From an uncultured Alphaproteobacteria bacterium (lineage in GTDB: Bacteria > Pseudomonadota > Alphaproteobacteria > Rhodobacterales > Rhodobacteraceae), in contig CAWJDD010000005.1 in the NCBI GenBank assembly GCA_963841595.1, positions 361,264-425,263 on the forward strand: a stretch of DNA of 64,000 nucleotides, read 5' to 3'. The translations under genes and the position numbers were made by a program. The notes beneath the pieces were generated by a model, which saw only the letters and a list, made by a program, of their open reading frames with translations, did not search any database and had not been told where the DNA came from. Shown in pieces: positions 1-18,087 of the stretch. The first letter of the stretch is position 1. Each line of letters opens with the position of its first letter.

Positions 1-109
1 CACTAGCGCGGCTGGAATCCTCAAAGCTGGCGGAAATGATGCGTTGCGATGCACCGGAAGAAGGGTGGATACTGGGTCTCGGATACGAAGATTGCCTAAG
101 GGAAGCCGC

Positions 110-1372
110 ATGTCAGGCCTGAAACCGCCACGCCTGAAAAACGACTGTTTCGCCCTGCCGCCGGGGGTGGACTGGACGCCGGTAGATGACGCTTTGGCAC
201 GGCTGAAGGATCGGTTGTCCTGCGTGGTGCCCAGCGAAGCCATGGATCTGAACAACGCGGCAGGCCGCATTCTTGCCGAACCCGCAATAGCACAACGGGC
301 AAACCCGCCCGCCGCCAATTCAGCGGTCGACGGTTACGGCTTCGCCCACGCGGCAACGGGCGAGGGTGATCAAACCCTGCCTTTGGCTGAAGGCCGCGCC
401 GCAGCCGGCGCACCGTTTAGCGGCACACTCCCCAAGGGCCAGGCGATCCGCATTCTGACCGGAGCCTTGTTACCCGAAGGCGTCGACACGGTTGTTCTGG
501 AAGAAGACACGACGACCGATGGCGATCGAATCGCCTTCGAAGGACCTGTGCGCAAAGGTTCTAACACTCGCAAAGCAGGCGAAGACATTGCCGCTAACGA
601 TACTGCCCTGCTCCCCGGCACAAGACTGGGCCCGGCGGAAATGGCGCTTTTGGCCGCGACAGGCATCACCGAAGTCATGGCTTTTCGCCCATTGCGCATA
701 GGCGTTCTGTCAACCGGCGACGAGATTGCCGAAGTCGGAACCGACCCGTCGCCATCGCGGACCTATGATGCCAACCGACCAATGCTGCTGTCACTGATTC
801 TCGACTGGCAAATGGAACCCGTCGATCTGGGACACGTACCGGACGACCGTGCCGCACTTGCGGCCCGCCTCAATCAGGGGGCCGAAACCTGCGACGCAAT
901 TCTGACATCCGGCGGTGCCTCGGCGGGGGACGAAGACCACATGTCAGCGATTCTGGGCGAAAACGGAACGCGAGCTGATTGGCGCATCGCGCTTAAGCCG
1001 GGCCGCCCGCTGGCGTTGGGTCTCTGGCAAGGAACACCAATCTTCGGCTTGCCCGGCAATCCGGTGGCCGCACTGGTCTGTACGCTGATCTTTGCGCGCC
1101 CGGCATTCGCAGTTCTGGGCGGCGAGGGGTGGCGCGAACCTCAAGGTTTCACTGTTCCTGCAGCCTTCGAGAAAAACAAGAAACCCGGAAGACGAGAGTA
1201 TTTGCGTGCCCGGATAAACACCGCCGGTGCAGCCGAGGTGTTCCCGTCAGAAGGCTCGGGCCGCATTTCTGGGCTGGCATGGGCCGACGGTCTGGTTGAA
1301 ATCAGTGACGCCGCCCAGACCATCCGTCCGGGCGACGCTGTGCGATATATTCCCTTCGCCAGCTTTCGCTGA
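110..1372 (+). CDS. moeA: molybdopterin molybdenumtransferase MoeA
   Basis: ORF 44..1372. MoeA-like architecture with MPT-binding core (LTSGGASAGDEDH, GLPGNPVAA). ATG at 110 preferred over the Arg-rich upstream extension. Confidence 0.85.
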   Translation: MSGLKPPRLKNDCFALPPGVDWTPVDDALARLKDRLSCVVPSEAMDLNNAAGRILAEPAIAQRANPPAANSAVDGYGFAHAATGEGDQTLPLAEGRAAAGAPFSGTLPKGQAIRILTGALLPEGVDTVVLEEDTTTDGDRIAFEGPVRKGSNTRKAGEDIAANDTALLPGTRLGPAEMALLAATGITEVMAFRPLRIGVLSTGDEIAEVGTDPSPSRTYDANRPMLLSLILDWQMEPVDLGHVPDDRAALAARLNQGAETCDAILTSGGASAGDEDHMSAILGENGTRADWRIALKPGRPLALGLWQGTPIFGLPGNPVAALVCTLIFARPAFAVLGGEGWREPQGFTVPAAFEKNKKPGRREYLRARINTAGAAEVFPSEGSGRISGLAWADGLVEISDAAQTIRPGDAVRYIPFASFR

Positions 1373-1378
1373 CCGGGC

Positions 1379-1750
1379 TTACTCGACGGGACCGCCCGCG
1401 TCTTTCCAAGCGCTGAAACCGCCAACGTTCGAGACGTTTTCATAACCCATGTCTTTCATGGTCTTGCCGGTCAAAGCAGCCTGACCGCCAGCACCGCAGA
1501 TCAGAACGATATCGGCGTCTTTCGCCAGTGCTTCATGGTGATAGGGCGTGGCCGGATCGGCGGCGAACTCCATGAAACCTCGCGGGATGCGCAGCGCACC
1601 TGCAATCGTTCCGGATGAGGCGATTTCCGTTCCGTCCCGCACGTCAATAAACACGGTACCACCAGCCGAATGCTTGGCGATCCCGTCTTCGGGCGCGATT
1701 TTTGGGACGACAGCGTGGGCTTCTTCAAGATAGTCAGCGGCAGTTTTCAT
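1379..1750 (-). CDS. rhodanese-like sulfurtransferase domain protein
   Basis: ORF 1379..1762. Single rhodanese domain with active-site loop ICGAGGQA. ATG at 1750 is preceded by GGAG. Confidence 0.8.
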   Translation of the reverse strand: MKTAADYLEEAHAVVPKIAPEDGIAKHSAGGTVFIDVRDGTEIASSGTIAGALRIPRGFMEFAADPATPYHHEALAKDADIVLICGAGGQAALTGKTMKDMGYENVSNVGGFSAWKDAGGPVE

Positions 1751-1861
1751 ATCAGTCTCCACTTTGTTTGATGAATTCTAGCGGCGAGAACCCGTTTATA
1801 TTGCATGGGTATGCGTTCATGTCTTCTTCTGCTCAGGACCCAGAGCTTGCGTCGCACTTTG

Positions 1862-2712
1862 CTAGGTTCTGGCGACAGTTGCCAGATGCTCCATACGTTG
1901 TCTGCTCAGTTTCTCAAAGTCGTGAAGCTTGGCACAGCGCAGCGCCTTATCAGCCTTTTTCAACGATGGACCCGAGACGTTTGTCGATACTCGCGATGGC
2001 CTTGACGTAGCCATCTAGTTTGCCCAGCGGCGTTGTCCAGCCCCCCTGCGACGCTTCAAAAAGTGGACGCCACATGTGGTTCCCGTATCGGGCAATAGCA
2101 AGCCCGCAGCCCATCGATTCGAGCCGCAGTGACGCGGTCCCGGCGGGCGGCCATCTCGGCTTCGGTAGCAAAACTGTCAGGCATCATGAGGTTGGCTAAG
2201 AAAAGCTCAGTCTCGGGATCATAGTCAAGGCAGCTTTCATAGGCCGGGTAACCGTTTGCCTGCATCCCATCCCTCGCCTTCAAAAATTTGCGCCGCTTTC
2301 GTTCCGCCGCATAAAGCTTTGCGGCACCATAAGGCCGCCTTGCAAAGCCTCGGTTCGGGTCCAGCGCATTGAACTTCAGTCGTGTCTCGAATGTGTATTT
2401 CAGTGTCGTGGCAAGCTTGGCACCGGCAGATTTCGCCATGTCCGGGATGTCGAAGTTTCGGTCATCATCTGCACTGCAGAACGCAATATCATAGCTGCGC
2501 AAACGTTCCGGCGTAACAGGGTCTTACCGACCGATCACAGTCACACCAAACCGAAGTCTGTCAGGTGTTTCGCGAAGCAGCCGGTCGAATTGACCGGGAA
2601 ACATACGGGATTGCAGGGCCATCCCCGAGGCAAACTTCTGATCAAGTAAAATGTCGTCGCCATCGCGAACGGCTGGCGCGGGTGCAACCATCAACATCCT
2701 GAGATCCGGCAT
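1862..2712 (-). pseudogene. conserved hypothetical ORF (possibly glycosyltransferase-like) interrupted by an in-frame TAA and at least 2 frameshifts
   Basis: ORFs 2524..2712 and 2056..2502 share one frame and are separated only by TAA (2524..2526). Coding-looking continuation shifts frame twice (1950..2171, then ...DKALRCAKLHDFEKLSRQRMEHLATVART ending at 1862). Confidence 0.35.
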
Positions 2713-2771
2713 GTTCCACTCCCGGAAGACATTCGCAATTGCGCGGTCGTTGCAGCGGAAACGCTGGTTGT

Positions 2772-2804
2772 GAAAGCAGCCCGGCGCAAGACCGGGCTGC
2801 TTTC
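2772..2804 (-). terminator. hairpin terminator downstream of rplL
   Basis: 13-bp perfect stem GAAAGCAGCCCGG / CCGGGCTGCTTTC with a 7-nt loop, 5 nt after the rplL stop. U-tract is weak. Confidence 0.55.
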
Positions 2805-2808
2805 AGGA

Positions 2809-3189
2809 TTACTTAAGCTCGACTTCGGCACCAGCTGCTTCCAGCTTTGCCTTGATCTCTTCAGCTTCAGCTTTTGGCGCGCCTTCTTTCACAGCTTTGC
2901 CACCGGCTTCGACCAGATCTTTGGCTTCTTTCAGGCCAAGACCAGTGATCGAACGGACTTCCTTGATCACGTTGATCTTGGACGCACCAGCCGACTTGAG
3001 GATGACGTCGAATTCGTCCTTTTCCTCTTCTGCCGCGCCGCCAGCATCGCCAGCAGGACCAGCCATCATCACAGCGCCGCCAGCAGCAGGCTCGATGCCA
3101 TACTCATCCTTCAGGATGGTTTTCAGTTCTTGTGCTTCGAGAAGGGTCAGACCCACGATCTCTTCAGCAAGTTTTTTCAGATCAGCCAT
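2809..3189 (-). CDS. rplL: 50S ribosomal protein L7/L12
   Basis: 126 aa, [23 protein letters not shown]...AGAEVELK, typical L7/L12 with Ala-rich hinge. Confidence 0.97.
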   Translation of the reverse strand: MADLKKLAEEIVGLTLLEAQELKTILKDEYGIEPAAGGAVMMAGPAGDAGGAAEEEKDEFDVILKSAGASKINVIKEVRSITGLGLKEAKDLVEAGGKAVKEGAPKAEAEEIKAKLEAAGAEVELK

Positions 3190-3258
3190 TATTCTGTTCC
3201 GTTTCCTAAGATGTGTTCCAACGTGTGAGAATTACCCCGCCACGCCAGTCTCAAAAGT

Positions 3259-3777
3259 TCACGCAGCTTCCGCGCGTTCCTCGATTGTCGAGAGAATGCT
3301 TGCGACGTTGGAAGCAGGTGCGCCAAGTGCGCCAGCGATGTTCGAAGCAGGTGCGCCAATGCAGCCAGCGATCGAAGCAATAAGCTCCTCGCGCGATGGC
3401 ATGCCAGCAAGCGCCTTAACTCCGGCAGCGTCCAGCGCTGTGTCACCCATTGCACCGCCAAGAATGACAAGCTTGTCATTGGTCTTGGCGTACTTATCCA
3501 TGACCCGGGCCGCAGCCGTAGGGTCTTCGGAATAGGCAAACACAGTCATACCCGTAAGAAGCTCAACGAGACTTTCGTTGGACTTCCCCTGAAGGGCGAT
3601 CTTGGCGAGCCTGTTCTTGGCGACGCGGACGGACCCATCTTGTTCACGCATCTGTGCGCGCAGGTCCTGCATCTCGGCAACCGTGAGACCGGCATAGTGG
3701 GCAACGACCACAACGCCAGAGCTTTCAAAGATCTGGCCGAGTTCCTCGACCAACTTCTCTTTCTGGGCTCTATCCAC
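3259..3777 (-). CDS. rplJ: 50S ribosomal protein L10
   Basis: 172 aa, [14 protein letters not shown]...[14 protein letters not shown] start preceded by TGGAG. Immediately upstream of rplL. Confidence 0.95.
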   Translation of the reverse strand: MDRAQKEKLVEELGQIFESSGVVVVAHYAGLTVAEMQDLRAQMREQDGSVRVAKNRLAKIALQGKSNESLVELLTGMTVFAYSEDPTAAARVMDKYAKTNDKLVILGGAMGDTALDAAGVKALAGMPSREELIASIAGCIGAPASNIAGALGAPASNVASILSTIEERAEAA

Positions 3778-4090
3778 AGTTTCACTCCAAATTTGGAGGT
3801 TTGACCCTCCGGCTCAACACATGCCGGGCAAAGGTGCCCGACACATCGGGTCCTTACGGGTTCTTCGCAATCGACTTGTCTGACCTCAAGGTCGACAAGG
3901 AAATTCCTCTGTTCCCGTCTCGGGCAGGAATTATGAAGGAAACCTTCACCCACCGTCTCGGACGAAAGACGGAGGCACCCAAAGGCGCGTCCGACCGGGC
4001 GGTCTTAGAGAGATTCACTGCGTTTGTGAAGTATGAAATTTCCAGGTCCGCCGGACAGCGTTCATTTACATCTGCGCGGTTAATGGAAGG

Positions 4091-4119
4091 GCAATAAAAT
4101 TGGTCTAGCCGTTTTTCAA
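4091..4119 (-). promoter_or_regulatory. candidate sigma-70 type promoter for rplJL with a leader of about 300 nt
   Basis: On the minus strand TTGAAA-N17-TATTGC. Consensus match only. It would give a long 5' UTR (3778..~4084) containing several hairpins. Confidence 0.3.
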
Positions 4120-4137
4120 AGTAACGAAGGTCCAGTT

Positions 4138-5361
4138 GTGCAAAAAAACCCTGTAGTCATTGATGAACCGGTCGCTGGTTTCGACATTGCTGATCTTTTC
4201 CTGTCACGGACCGATGCGCGCGGGGTGATCCTATCCGGAAATGCGACATTCCAGCGGCTGGCCGGGTACGAATGGTCTGAATTGATCAATGCGCCACACC
4301 GCATGGTGCGGCATCCGGACATGCCCAAAGCGGTCTTCTATTTCATGTGGAAAAACATCAAGGCTGGCCGGGCATTCGGCGCCTATATGAAAAACCGTGC
4401 GAAATGCGGCCGTCACTATTGGGTTTTCGCGGTCACGGTCCCGCTCGATGGTGGTTACCTGTCGGTTCGCTTGAAACCCACGACCTCGCATTTCGCGATG
4501 GTCAAGGCGCTCTACACCAAGATGCTGGCGGCCGAACAAGCAGGGGGCACCCAAGAAGAAGGTGCAGACCTGATTGAGGAAGAAGTCCGATCGCATGGTT
4601 TCAGGGATTACACTGCTTTCATGGGCTTTGCTTTGGGCGCAGAAATCGCCGCCCGGTCGGCGGCACTAGAACGCGCCGTCGATCCAAGCATTGGCGAGTT
4701 CGAACAGGTGGGTAATCTGCTGGTCGAACTTTCGGATGAAGTGGCTCATGTCAAACGTCTGTTTGACGGGATCAGCAGTTCCCCGAAGAACCTGAACATA
4801 CTCGGCTCACGGCTTACCGTTGGGCGCGAGGCGATCCAGGTTGTGGCGCAGAATTACGAGCACTTGTCGTCCGAACTGATGAAATCCATCATCGAGCTTG
4901 AAAACAGGCTCGAGGCGCTTCTTGATACCGCCTTCGACGTGCGAATGGGGCACTGTGTTAACTTGCTTTACAGAGAAGCGGTTGATGTTTTTGCAGCGCA
5001 AGAACCGAATTGTGGCACGCCAGATCATTTGGCGCACCTTGCTGTATTGAAGAGCGCATTGAACGCGTTCTGGCAAATCGCCGAAGAAGGGTGCAGCAAA
5101 CTTGCGCTTGAGGTCGAGAAATTCTTAACGTTGACAGGCCGTCTAAGGCAGATGCTTTCGGGTCTGGCTGTGACGCGGGTAATTTGTCGGATCGAGGCCG
5201 CTTCGATCAGTGAAGATACCAGCAGCATCGAAGAAATATCCGAACGTTTGACTGTATTTCAGGCAGAATTGGCCAAGTCGCTGGATCGGATCGGGAACGC
5301 AAGTGCCGGGCTGGCAAAGCGTATTCCCAGCTCGGGAAAAGCCGCTGAACGTGCCGCCTGA
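4138..5361 (+). CDS. cytoplasmic PAS (Aer-type) sensor with degenerate MCP-signalling-like C-terminal region
   Basis: 407 aa. N-terminus matches the Aer PAS signature (NAPHRMVRHPDMPKAVFYFMWKNIKAGRAFGAYMKNRAKCGRHYWVFA). No TM segment. C-terminal coiled-coil region resembles an MCP signalling domain only loosely. Confidence 0.6.
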   Translation: MQKNPVVIDEPVAGFDIADLFLSRTDARGVILSGNATFQRLAGYEWSELINAPHRMVRHPDMPKAVFYFMWKNIKAGRAFGAYMKNRAKCGRHYWVFAVTVPLDGGYLSVRLKPTTSHFAMVKALYTKMLAAEQAGGTQEEGADLIEEEVRSHGFRDYTAFMGFALGAEIAARSAALERAVDPSIGEFEQVGNLLVELSDEVAHVKRLFDGISSSPKNLNILGSRLTVGREAIQVVAQNYEHLSSELMKSIIELENRLEALLDTAFDVRMGHCVNLLYREAVDVFAAQEPNCGTPDHLAHLAVLKSALNAFWQIAEEGCSKLALEVEKFLTLTGRLRQMLSGLAVTRVICRIEAASISEDTSSIEEISERLTVFQAELAKSLDRIGNASAGLAKRIPSSGKAAERAA

Positions 5362-5406
5362 CCGGTCACACGCCGGGCGGTGCAGCCGAAATTCTCGTTT
5401 GGACGG

Positions 5407-5435
5407 TTGAAAGCCGACAGTCAGATTGTTAATTA
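5407..5435 (+). promoter_or_regulatory. candidate sigma-70 type promoter upstream of rpoB
   Basis: TTGAAA-N17-TAATTA about 220 nt upstream of the rpoB ATG. Consensus match only. Confidence 0.3.
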
Positions 5436-5655
5436 GCGTCGTTGTGATTCGAAATACAGGCGTTACTTCGATCAAAATCCACATCTGACAACTCTCTCAA
5501 AGCACGATGCGTCGTGCTTTGACGGGGTCGTCTGCCGTTTCGGGCGAGGCGTTTTGGGAGACGCCTCTGGTATTGAACGGTTCGATCCGAATCTGGCGTG
5601 AGGCCGCGACCCAACCGGCCTCAGCCCTGATTAAAAAACGGAGATCCGTATACCC

Positions 5656-9795
<4,140 letters not shown>

Positions 9796-9839
9796 CGCGC
9801 AAGCGTCACTCTCACACCCCTCACACAGCCAGCCTTTAA

Positions 9840-14096
<4,257 letters not shown>

Positions 14097-14119
14097 TCGG
14101 TTTGACAGAACCAAAGAAA

Positions 14120-14145
14120 AGCCCCGCTCCGGCGGGGCTTTTTTA
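14120..14145 (+). terminator. rho-independent terminator after rpoC
   Basis: AGCCCCGC-TCCG-GCGGGGCT followed by TTTTTT. Confidence 0.85.
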
Positions 14146-14227
14146 TTGCGGGGGTGTCGGTATTGAGTCCAACTTTCACGCGAGTCCCTAAACTTTAGGC
14201 TGTTCAAAATTCGGTTATCATTTACTG

Positions 14228-14407
14228 TCAATTACGTGCTTTCAGACACTCTTCCAGCCAGCCCAATACCTCACTCTCGACCCATCCGACCCGGTTTGCG
14301 CCGAGCTTCACCCGTTTGGGAAAACTGCGTGCTTTCTCCAGTCGGGCAATGTGTTGAGGCGAATAAAGGACCAACTCTTTGAGCTGCATTTTTGACAATA
14401 ATCTCAT
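14228..14407 (-). CDS. AlpA-family (phage/island-type) helix-turn-helix regulator
   Basis: 59 aa from the ATG at 14407 (RBS AGGAA): MRLLSKMQLKELVLYSPQHIARLEKARSFPKRVKLGANRVGWVESEVLGWLEE, the classic AlpA/Phage_AlpA pattern. Lower GC than its surroundings. Confidence 0.75.
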   Translation of the reverse strand: MRLLSKMQLKELVLYSPQHIARLEKARSFPKRVKLGANRVGWVESEVLGWLEECLKARN

Positions 14408-14628
14408 GATGATCGTTCCTTGATGAATGATGCCAATTTTTGACCACCGGCGGGTCGGCCGGTGCTCAACAAGGTAGCGTGGCATCATGTCCCGTAGAAC
14501 CAGATCATCCAAGGCACAGTGGCCCGATCACTAAACTGCGGAACTTTCAGAAGAGCACCCAATCGAAGAGGTTTTTAACATAGGAGAACCGATGTCGTCG
14601 GAACCTTTGCGTCGCACTGGCTTACCCG

Positions 14629-14657
14629 TTGACTCGCCCATCGCTTGAGGATAATCC
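14629..14657 (+). promoter_or_regulatory. candidate promoter of tRNA-Leu
   Basis: TTGACT-N17-TAATCC ending about 17 nt before the mature tRNA 5' end. Confidence 0.45.
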
Positions 14658-14674
14658 GCAGCTTCACGACACCT

Positions 14675-14760
14675 GCCCAGGTGGCGGAATGGTAGACGCG
14701 CTAGCTTCAGGTGCTAGTATTCGCAAGGATGTGGAGGTTCGAGTCCTCTCCTGGGCACCA
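14675..14760 (+). tRNA. tRNA-Leu (anticodon CAG)
   Basis: Cloverleaf folded by hand: acceptor GCCCAGG/CCTGGGC, anticodon stem CTAGC/GCTAG with loop TTCAGGT, long variable arm, T-loop GGTTCGAGTCC, encoded CCA. Confidence 0.92.
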
Positions 14761-14856
14761 ATAGCGATTTCCGCACAAGCTCTGATTCTTAAGGGAGCGA
14801 CACTTCGCAAAATGCGCTTCGTACGCAATGCAGACCTATCTAGCAAACAACACTGT

Positions 14857-15927
14857 CTACCCGGTCGCCGTCTTCCGAAGGCGTTCCGGAACCTCGCGGC
14901 GGGCCCGCACGCTGGAAAACACTGCCTCGGTTCCCGGCAGTTTGAACGGTTTCGTCATCGGCAAAGTCGTCTCGGACAGGATGCTGTCGCGCAGGGCCTG
15001 AATGTCGTCTCGCTCTAACAATTCGTCCAGTGCCGCGCGTGATTTCTGGATGCCACGCTGACGCAGCCGCAAAAGCTTGCCTTCGGACATGTCATTCAAC
15101 CGCTTCATTTCGGACCACAGTTCGAAGGCGCGACGGGCAAGCGTCATATCTTCTTCTTCGTTCCGGTCGTGCTTTTCCCAATAGGTCAGCCCGATATCGC
15201 GATCTTTTGCCATTTCGCTGTGGCGCGCATGTTTTAAAAGAAAGCTTGGCAGATCACGCAACATATAATGATTGACCTGCGCATTTTGCCGGGCGAGCGG
15301 ATCGGTGCTTCGCCAGTTCTTGCGCTGGAAATGATCTTCGGAAAGACCCGATCCATTGCAAAATATCGGGGCATCTTTCTTGGGGTCTCGCGGAACGTGG
15401 ACAGCCGGTTTTCCGAACGCCGAAGTGCGGGCAAGTGCCTTGAACGCCGCTGGCTGGCTTTTGATCGTGTCCGCAGGCTCGGCTTTGGTGAACCGCTCGG
15501 TCACCAATTCGCCACCAAAGTCACGGTGTCCGTTCGACCCGAAGACGCGCCAGTTCACCAGTATGGCGTCGGCATCATCCGGGCTGGCATCAATCAGGTC
15601 GCTGACCTTGCCGGCGCCCGTTTTGACATTCAGAAACTCATCGCCGTCCAGCACCATGCACCAGTCGCTTTGCGCAAAAGCAGCACTTCGTGACGCCCGG
15701 CGATAGGCGCGCCTTTGGTAAGCGTCGCCTGCGTCGCGGTTCTGAAAGAACTCGATGATCCCCATCCGGTGCAGCGTGCGTAACGTCTGCAGCGTCGTAT
15801 CGGTAGAATCGTTCTGGAAAATCTGAATACGGTCGAAGCCGCACAGACGATGATGGGCGACCCATTCAAGAATATTCGGACCTTCATTCTTGATGGTCGC
15901 CACCAGCAATGTGGTGTCTTTCGTCAT
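14857..15927 (-). CDS. glycosyltransferase family 2-like protein
   Basis: ORF 14857..15972. ATG at 15927 gives MTKDTTLLVATIKNEGPNILEWVAHH...DGDEFL (GT2/Glyco_tranf_2_4-like with a DxD-type motif). Confidence 0.65.
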   Translation of the reverse strand: MTKDTTLLVATIKNEGPNILEWVAHHRLCGFDRIQIFQNDSTDTTLQTLRTLHRMGIIEFFQNRDAGDAYQRRAYRRASRSAAFAQSDWCMVLDGDEFLNVKTGAGKVSDLIDASPDDADAILVNWRVFGSNGHRDFGGELVTERFTKAEPADTIKSQPAAFKALARTSAFGKPAVHVPRDPKKDAPIFCNGSGLSEDHFQRKNWRSTDPLARQNAQVNHYMLRDLPSFLLKHARHSEMAKDRDIGLTYWEKHDRNEEEDMTLARRAFELWSEMKRLNDMSEGKLLRLRQRGIQKSRAALDELLERDDIQALRDSILSETTLPMTKPFKLPGTEAVFSSVRARREVPERLRKTATG

Positions 15928-16058
15928 GCTCTCGCTCTGCCTCAGTGCCACTCTTTTGGCGGCGGTTAACAAACGTTAACGCGGGCTGTGCACTTCGGCA
16001 CTGGTAGGCGGATAAGAAAAATGAGACCTGTTGCAAGAATTCAGAAGGGCTGAAACCG

Positions 16059-16958
16059 ATGTTCAGGTCGGCAAACATGCGCGGTGCAATGCTGATGACC
16101 GCTTCAATGACGGCCTTCACCGTGAACGACACGTTCGTCAAACTGCTGGGCGACCACCTGCCGTTCTTTCAGTTTCTTCTGATCCGCAGCATCGGAGCGG
16201 CGGTCCTGCTGACCCTTCTTGCATGGCGCGCTGGCGCTTTGGTCTGGCCAAAGAACCGCCGCGACCGTTGGCTGATCGCCATACGCAGCCCGGCTGAAAT
16301 GGCGGCGGCCTATTTCTTCCTGACAGCGCTTATTCATATGCCGCTGGCCAATGTCACCGCGATCCTTCAGGCGCTACCCCTGACCGTTGCCCTGGGGGCA
16401 GCACTGGTGTTGAAAGAACCCGTGGGCTGGAAACGCTTCCTGGCCATCGGTATCGGCTTTGTCGGCGTCTACTTCATCATCCGTCCTGGTGCGGACGGGT
16501 TTTCGATTTATGCCTTCTATGCTCTCTTGGCAGTTGTTGCGGTTACGATCCGCGATCTGGCTGCGCGACGGCTGTCAGGTGAAGTGCCATCCGTTACTGT
16601 GGCGCTGTTCGCAGTCCTTGCGATTCTGGCCTTTGCGTCGGTTGGTGCGGCGGTGGGGCCCAAGTGGGAACCTATCTTGGCTACAGACTGGCTCTGGCTG
16701 GGCGGGTCAGTCGTGACCATCATCGGCGGCTATCTGTTTTCGGTCTCGGCCATGCGTCATGGCGAGATCGGATTCGTTTCCCCATTCCGCTATGCAAGCC
16801 TGATCGTGGCCCTGATTCTTGGCTTCCTTGTATTTGACGATTGGCCTGACCAAATAACCCTAATCGGAGCCGCAATTGTCGTTGCAACGGGGCTTTTCAC
16901 CCTTTGGCGTGAAAGGTCTGCGGCACAAGCCGCGCCGACCCCGTTCAGAACGCGTTAG
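16059..16958 (+). CDS. DMT superfamily (EamA-like) transporter
   Basis: 299 aa, about 10 predicted TM helices, duplicated EamA-type pattern. Confidence 0.75.
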   Translation: MFRSANMRGAMLMTASMTAFTVNDTFVKLLGDHLPFFQFLLIRSIGAAVLLTLLAWRAGALVWPKNRRDRWLIAIRSPAEMAAAYFFLTALIHMPLANVTAILQALPLTVALGAALVLKEPVGWKRFLAIGIGFVGVYFIIRPGADGFSIYAFYALLAVVAVTIRDLAARRLSGEVPSVTVALFAVLAILAFASVGAAVGPKWEPILATDWLWLGGSVVTIIGGYLFSVSAMRHGEIGFVSPFRYASLIVALILGFLVFDDWPDQITLIGAAIVVATGLFTLWRERSAAQAAPTPFRTR

Positions 16959-16964
16959 GTGCTG

Positions 16965-16993
16965 TTGACAGCATATCCGACTCTGTCTATACG
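16965..16993 (+). promoter_or_regulatory. candidate promoter of the str operon (rpsL-rpsG-fusA-tuf)
   Basis: TTGACA-N17-TATACG about 220 nt upstream of rpsL. Confidence 0.45.
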
Positions 16994-17211
16994 CCCGCTA
17001 TTCGGACGGCCAAAGCTGGTTAGGCTGTCTCTAACAGAACGGAAGTGGTCACGATCCGGGCGCGTATTGCCTCGATCCTCTGGAAACCCACCGCAGGCGC
17101 CCTAAAACAGGGTGCTTCGCGGTTTATAGCGTTGTTGTGGACGCACGATACGCGTGTGGAAGATGAACCGGGGGTCGCCCCCCATGATGAGACGAAGACG
17201 GGAATTTATTA

Positions 17212-17583
17212 ATGCCCACGATCCAACAGCTGATCCGGAAGCCCCGACAGCCTAAAGTCAAACGCTCGAAGTCACTGCACATGCAGGGCTGCCCGCAAAA
17301 GCGTGGTGTTTGCACCCGCGTCTATACAACGACGCCGAAGAAACCGAACTCGGCCATGCGGAAGGTTGCCAAAGTGCGCCTGACCAATGGTTTCGAGGTC
17401 ATCAGCTATATCCCCGGCGAAAGTCACAACCTTCAGGAACACTCGGTGGTTCTGATTCGTGGTGGCCGGGTTAAGGACCTTCCGGGTGTCCGTTACCACA
17501 TCCTGCGCGGTGTGCTGGATACCCAGGGCGTCAAAGACCGTAAGCAGCGCCGTTCGAAATACGGCGCCAAGCGTCCGAAGTAA
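17212..17583 (+). CDS. rpsL: 30S ribosomal protein S12
   Basis: 123 aa, [15 protein letters not shown]...KRPK. Confidence 0.98.
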   Translation: MPTIQQLIRKPRQPKVKRSKSLHMQGCPQKRGVCTRVYTTTPKKPNSAMRKVAKVRLTNGFEVISYIPGESHNLQEHSVVLIRGGRVKDLPGVRYHILRGVLDTQGVKDRKQRRSKYGAKRPK

Positions 17584-17594
17584 GAGGAAGACAG

Positions 17595-18065
17595 ATGTCA
17601 CGTCGTCACGCCGCAGAAAAACGCGAAGTCCTGCCCGACGCCAAATATGGCGACCGGATTTTGACTAAGTTCATGAACAACCTGATGGTCGACGGCAAAA
17701 AAGCCGTCGCCGAACGCATCGTCTATAACGCGTTCGAGCGGGTTGAAGATCGCCTGAAGAAGTCGCCTCTCGAAGTTTTCCACGAAAGCCTCGAAAATAT
17801 CAAACCGTCGGTCGAGGTTCGCTCGCGCCGGGTTGGTGGTGCGACCTATCAGGTTCCCGTCGAAGTCCGCCCCGAGCGTCGCGAAGCTTTGGCGATCCGC
17901 TGGCTGATAAACGCCGCGCGCGCCCGCAACGAGAACACCATGGAAGAGCGTCTGGCAGGTGAATTGTCAGATGCCGTCAATGGTCGCGGCTCGGCCGTGA
18001 AAAAGCGTGAAGACACCCACAAGATGGCCGACGCGAACAAAGCGTTCAGCCATTACCGTTGGTAA
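17595..18065 (+). CDS. rpsG: 30S ribosomal protein S7
   Basis: 156 aa, [20 protein letters not shown]... Confidence 0.98.
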   Translation: MSRRHAAEKREVLPDAKYGDRILTKFMNNLMVDGKKAVAERIVYNAFERVEDRLKKSPLEVFHESLENIKPSVEVRSRRVGGATYQVPVEVRPERREALAIRWLINAARARNENTMEERLAGELSDAVNGRGSAVKKREDTHKMADANKAFSHYRW

Positions 18066-18087
18066 TACAGAAGTAAGGAGCAGGCAG

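Noticed and set aside
44-109. Upstream 22-codon extension of the moeA ORF (MRCTGRRVDTGSRIRRLPKGSR)
   Set aside because: The Arg-rich extension is non-conserved-looking. The ATG at 110 gives the usual MoeA N-terminus.
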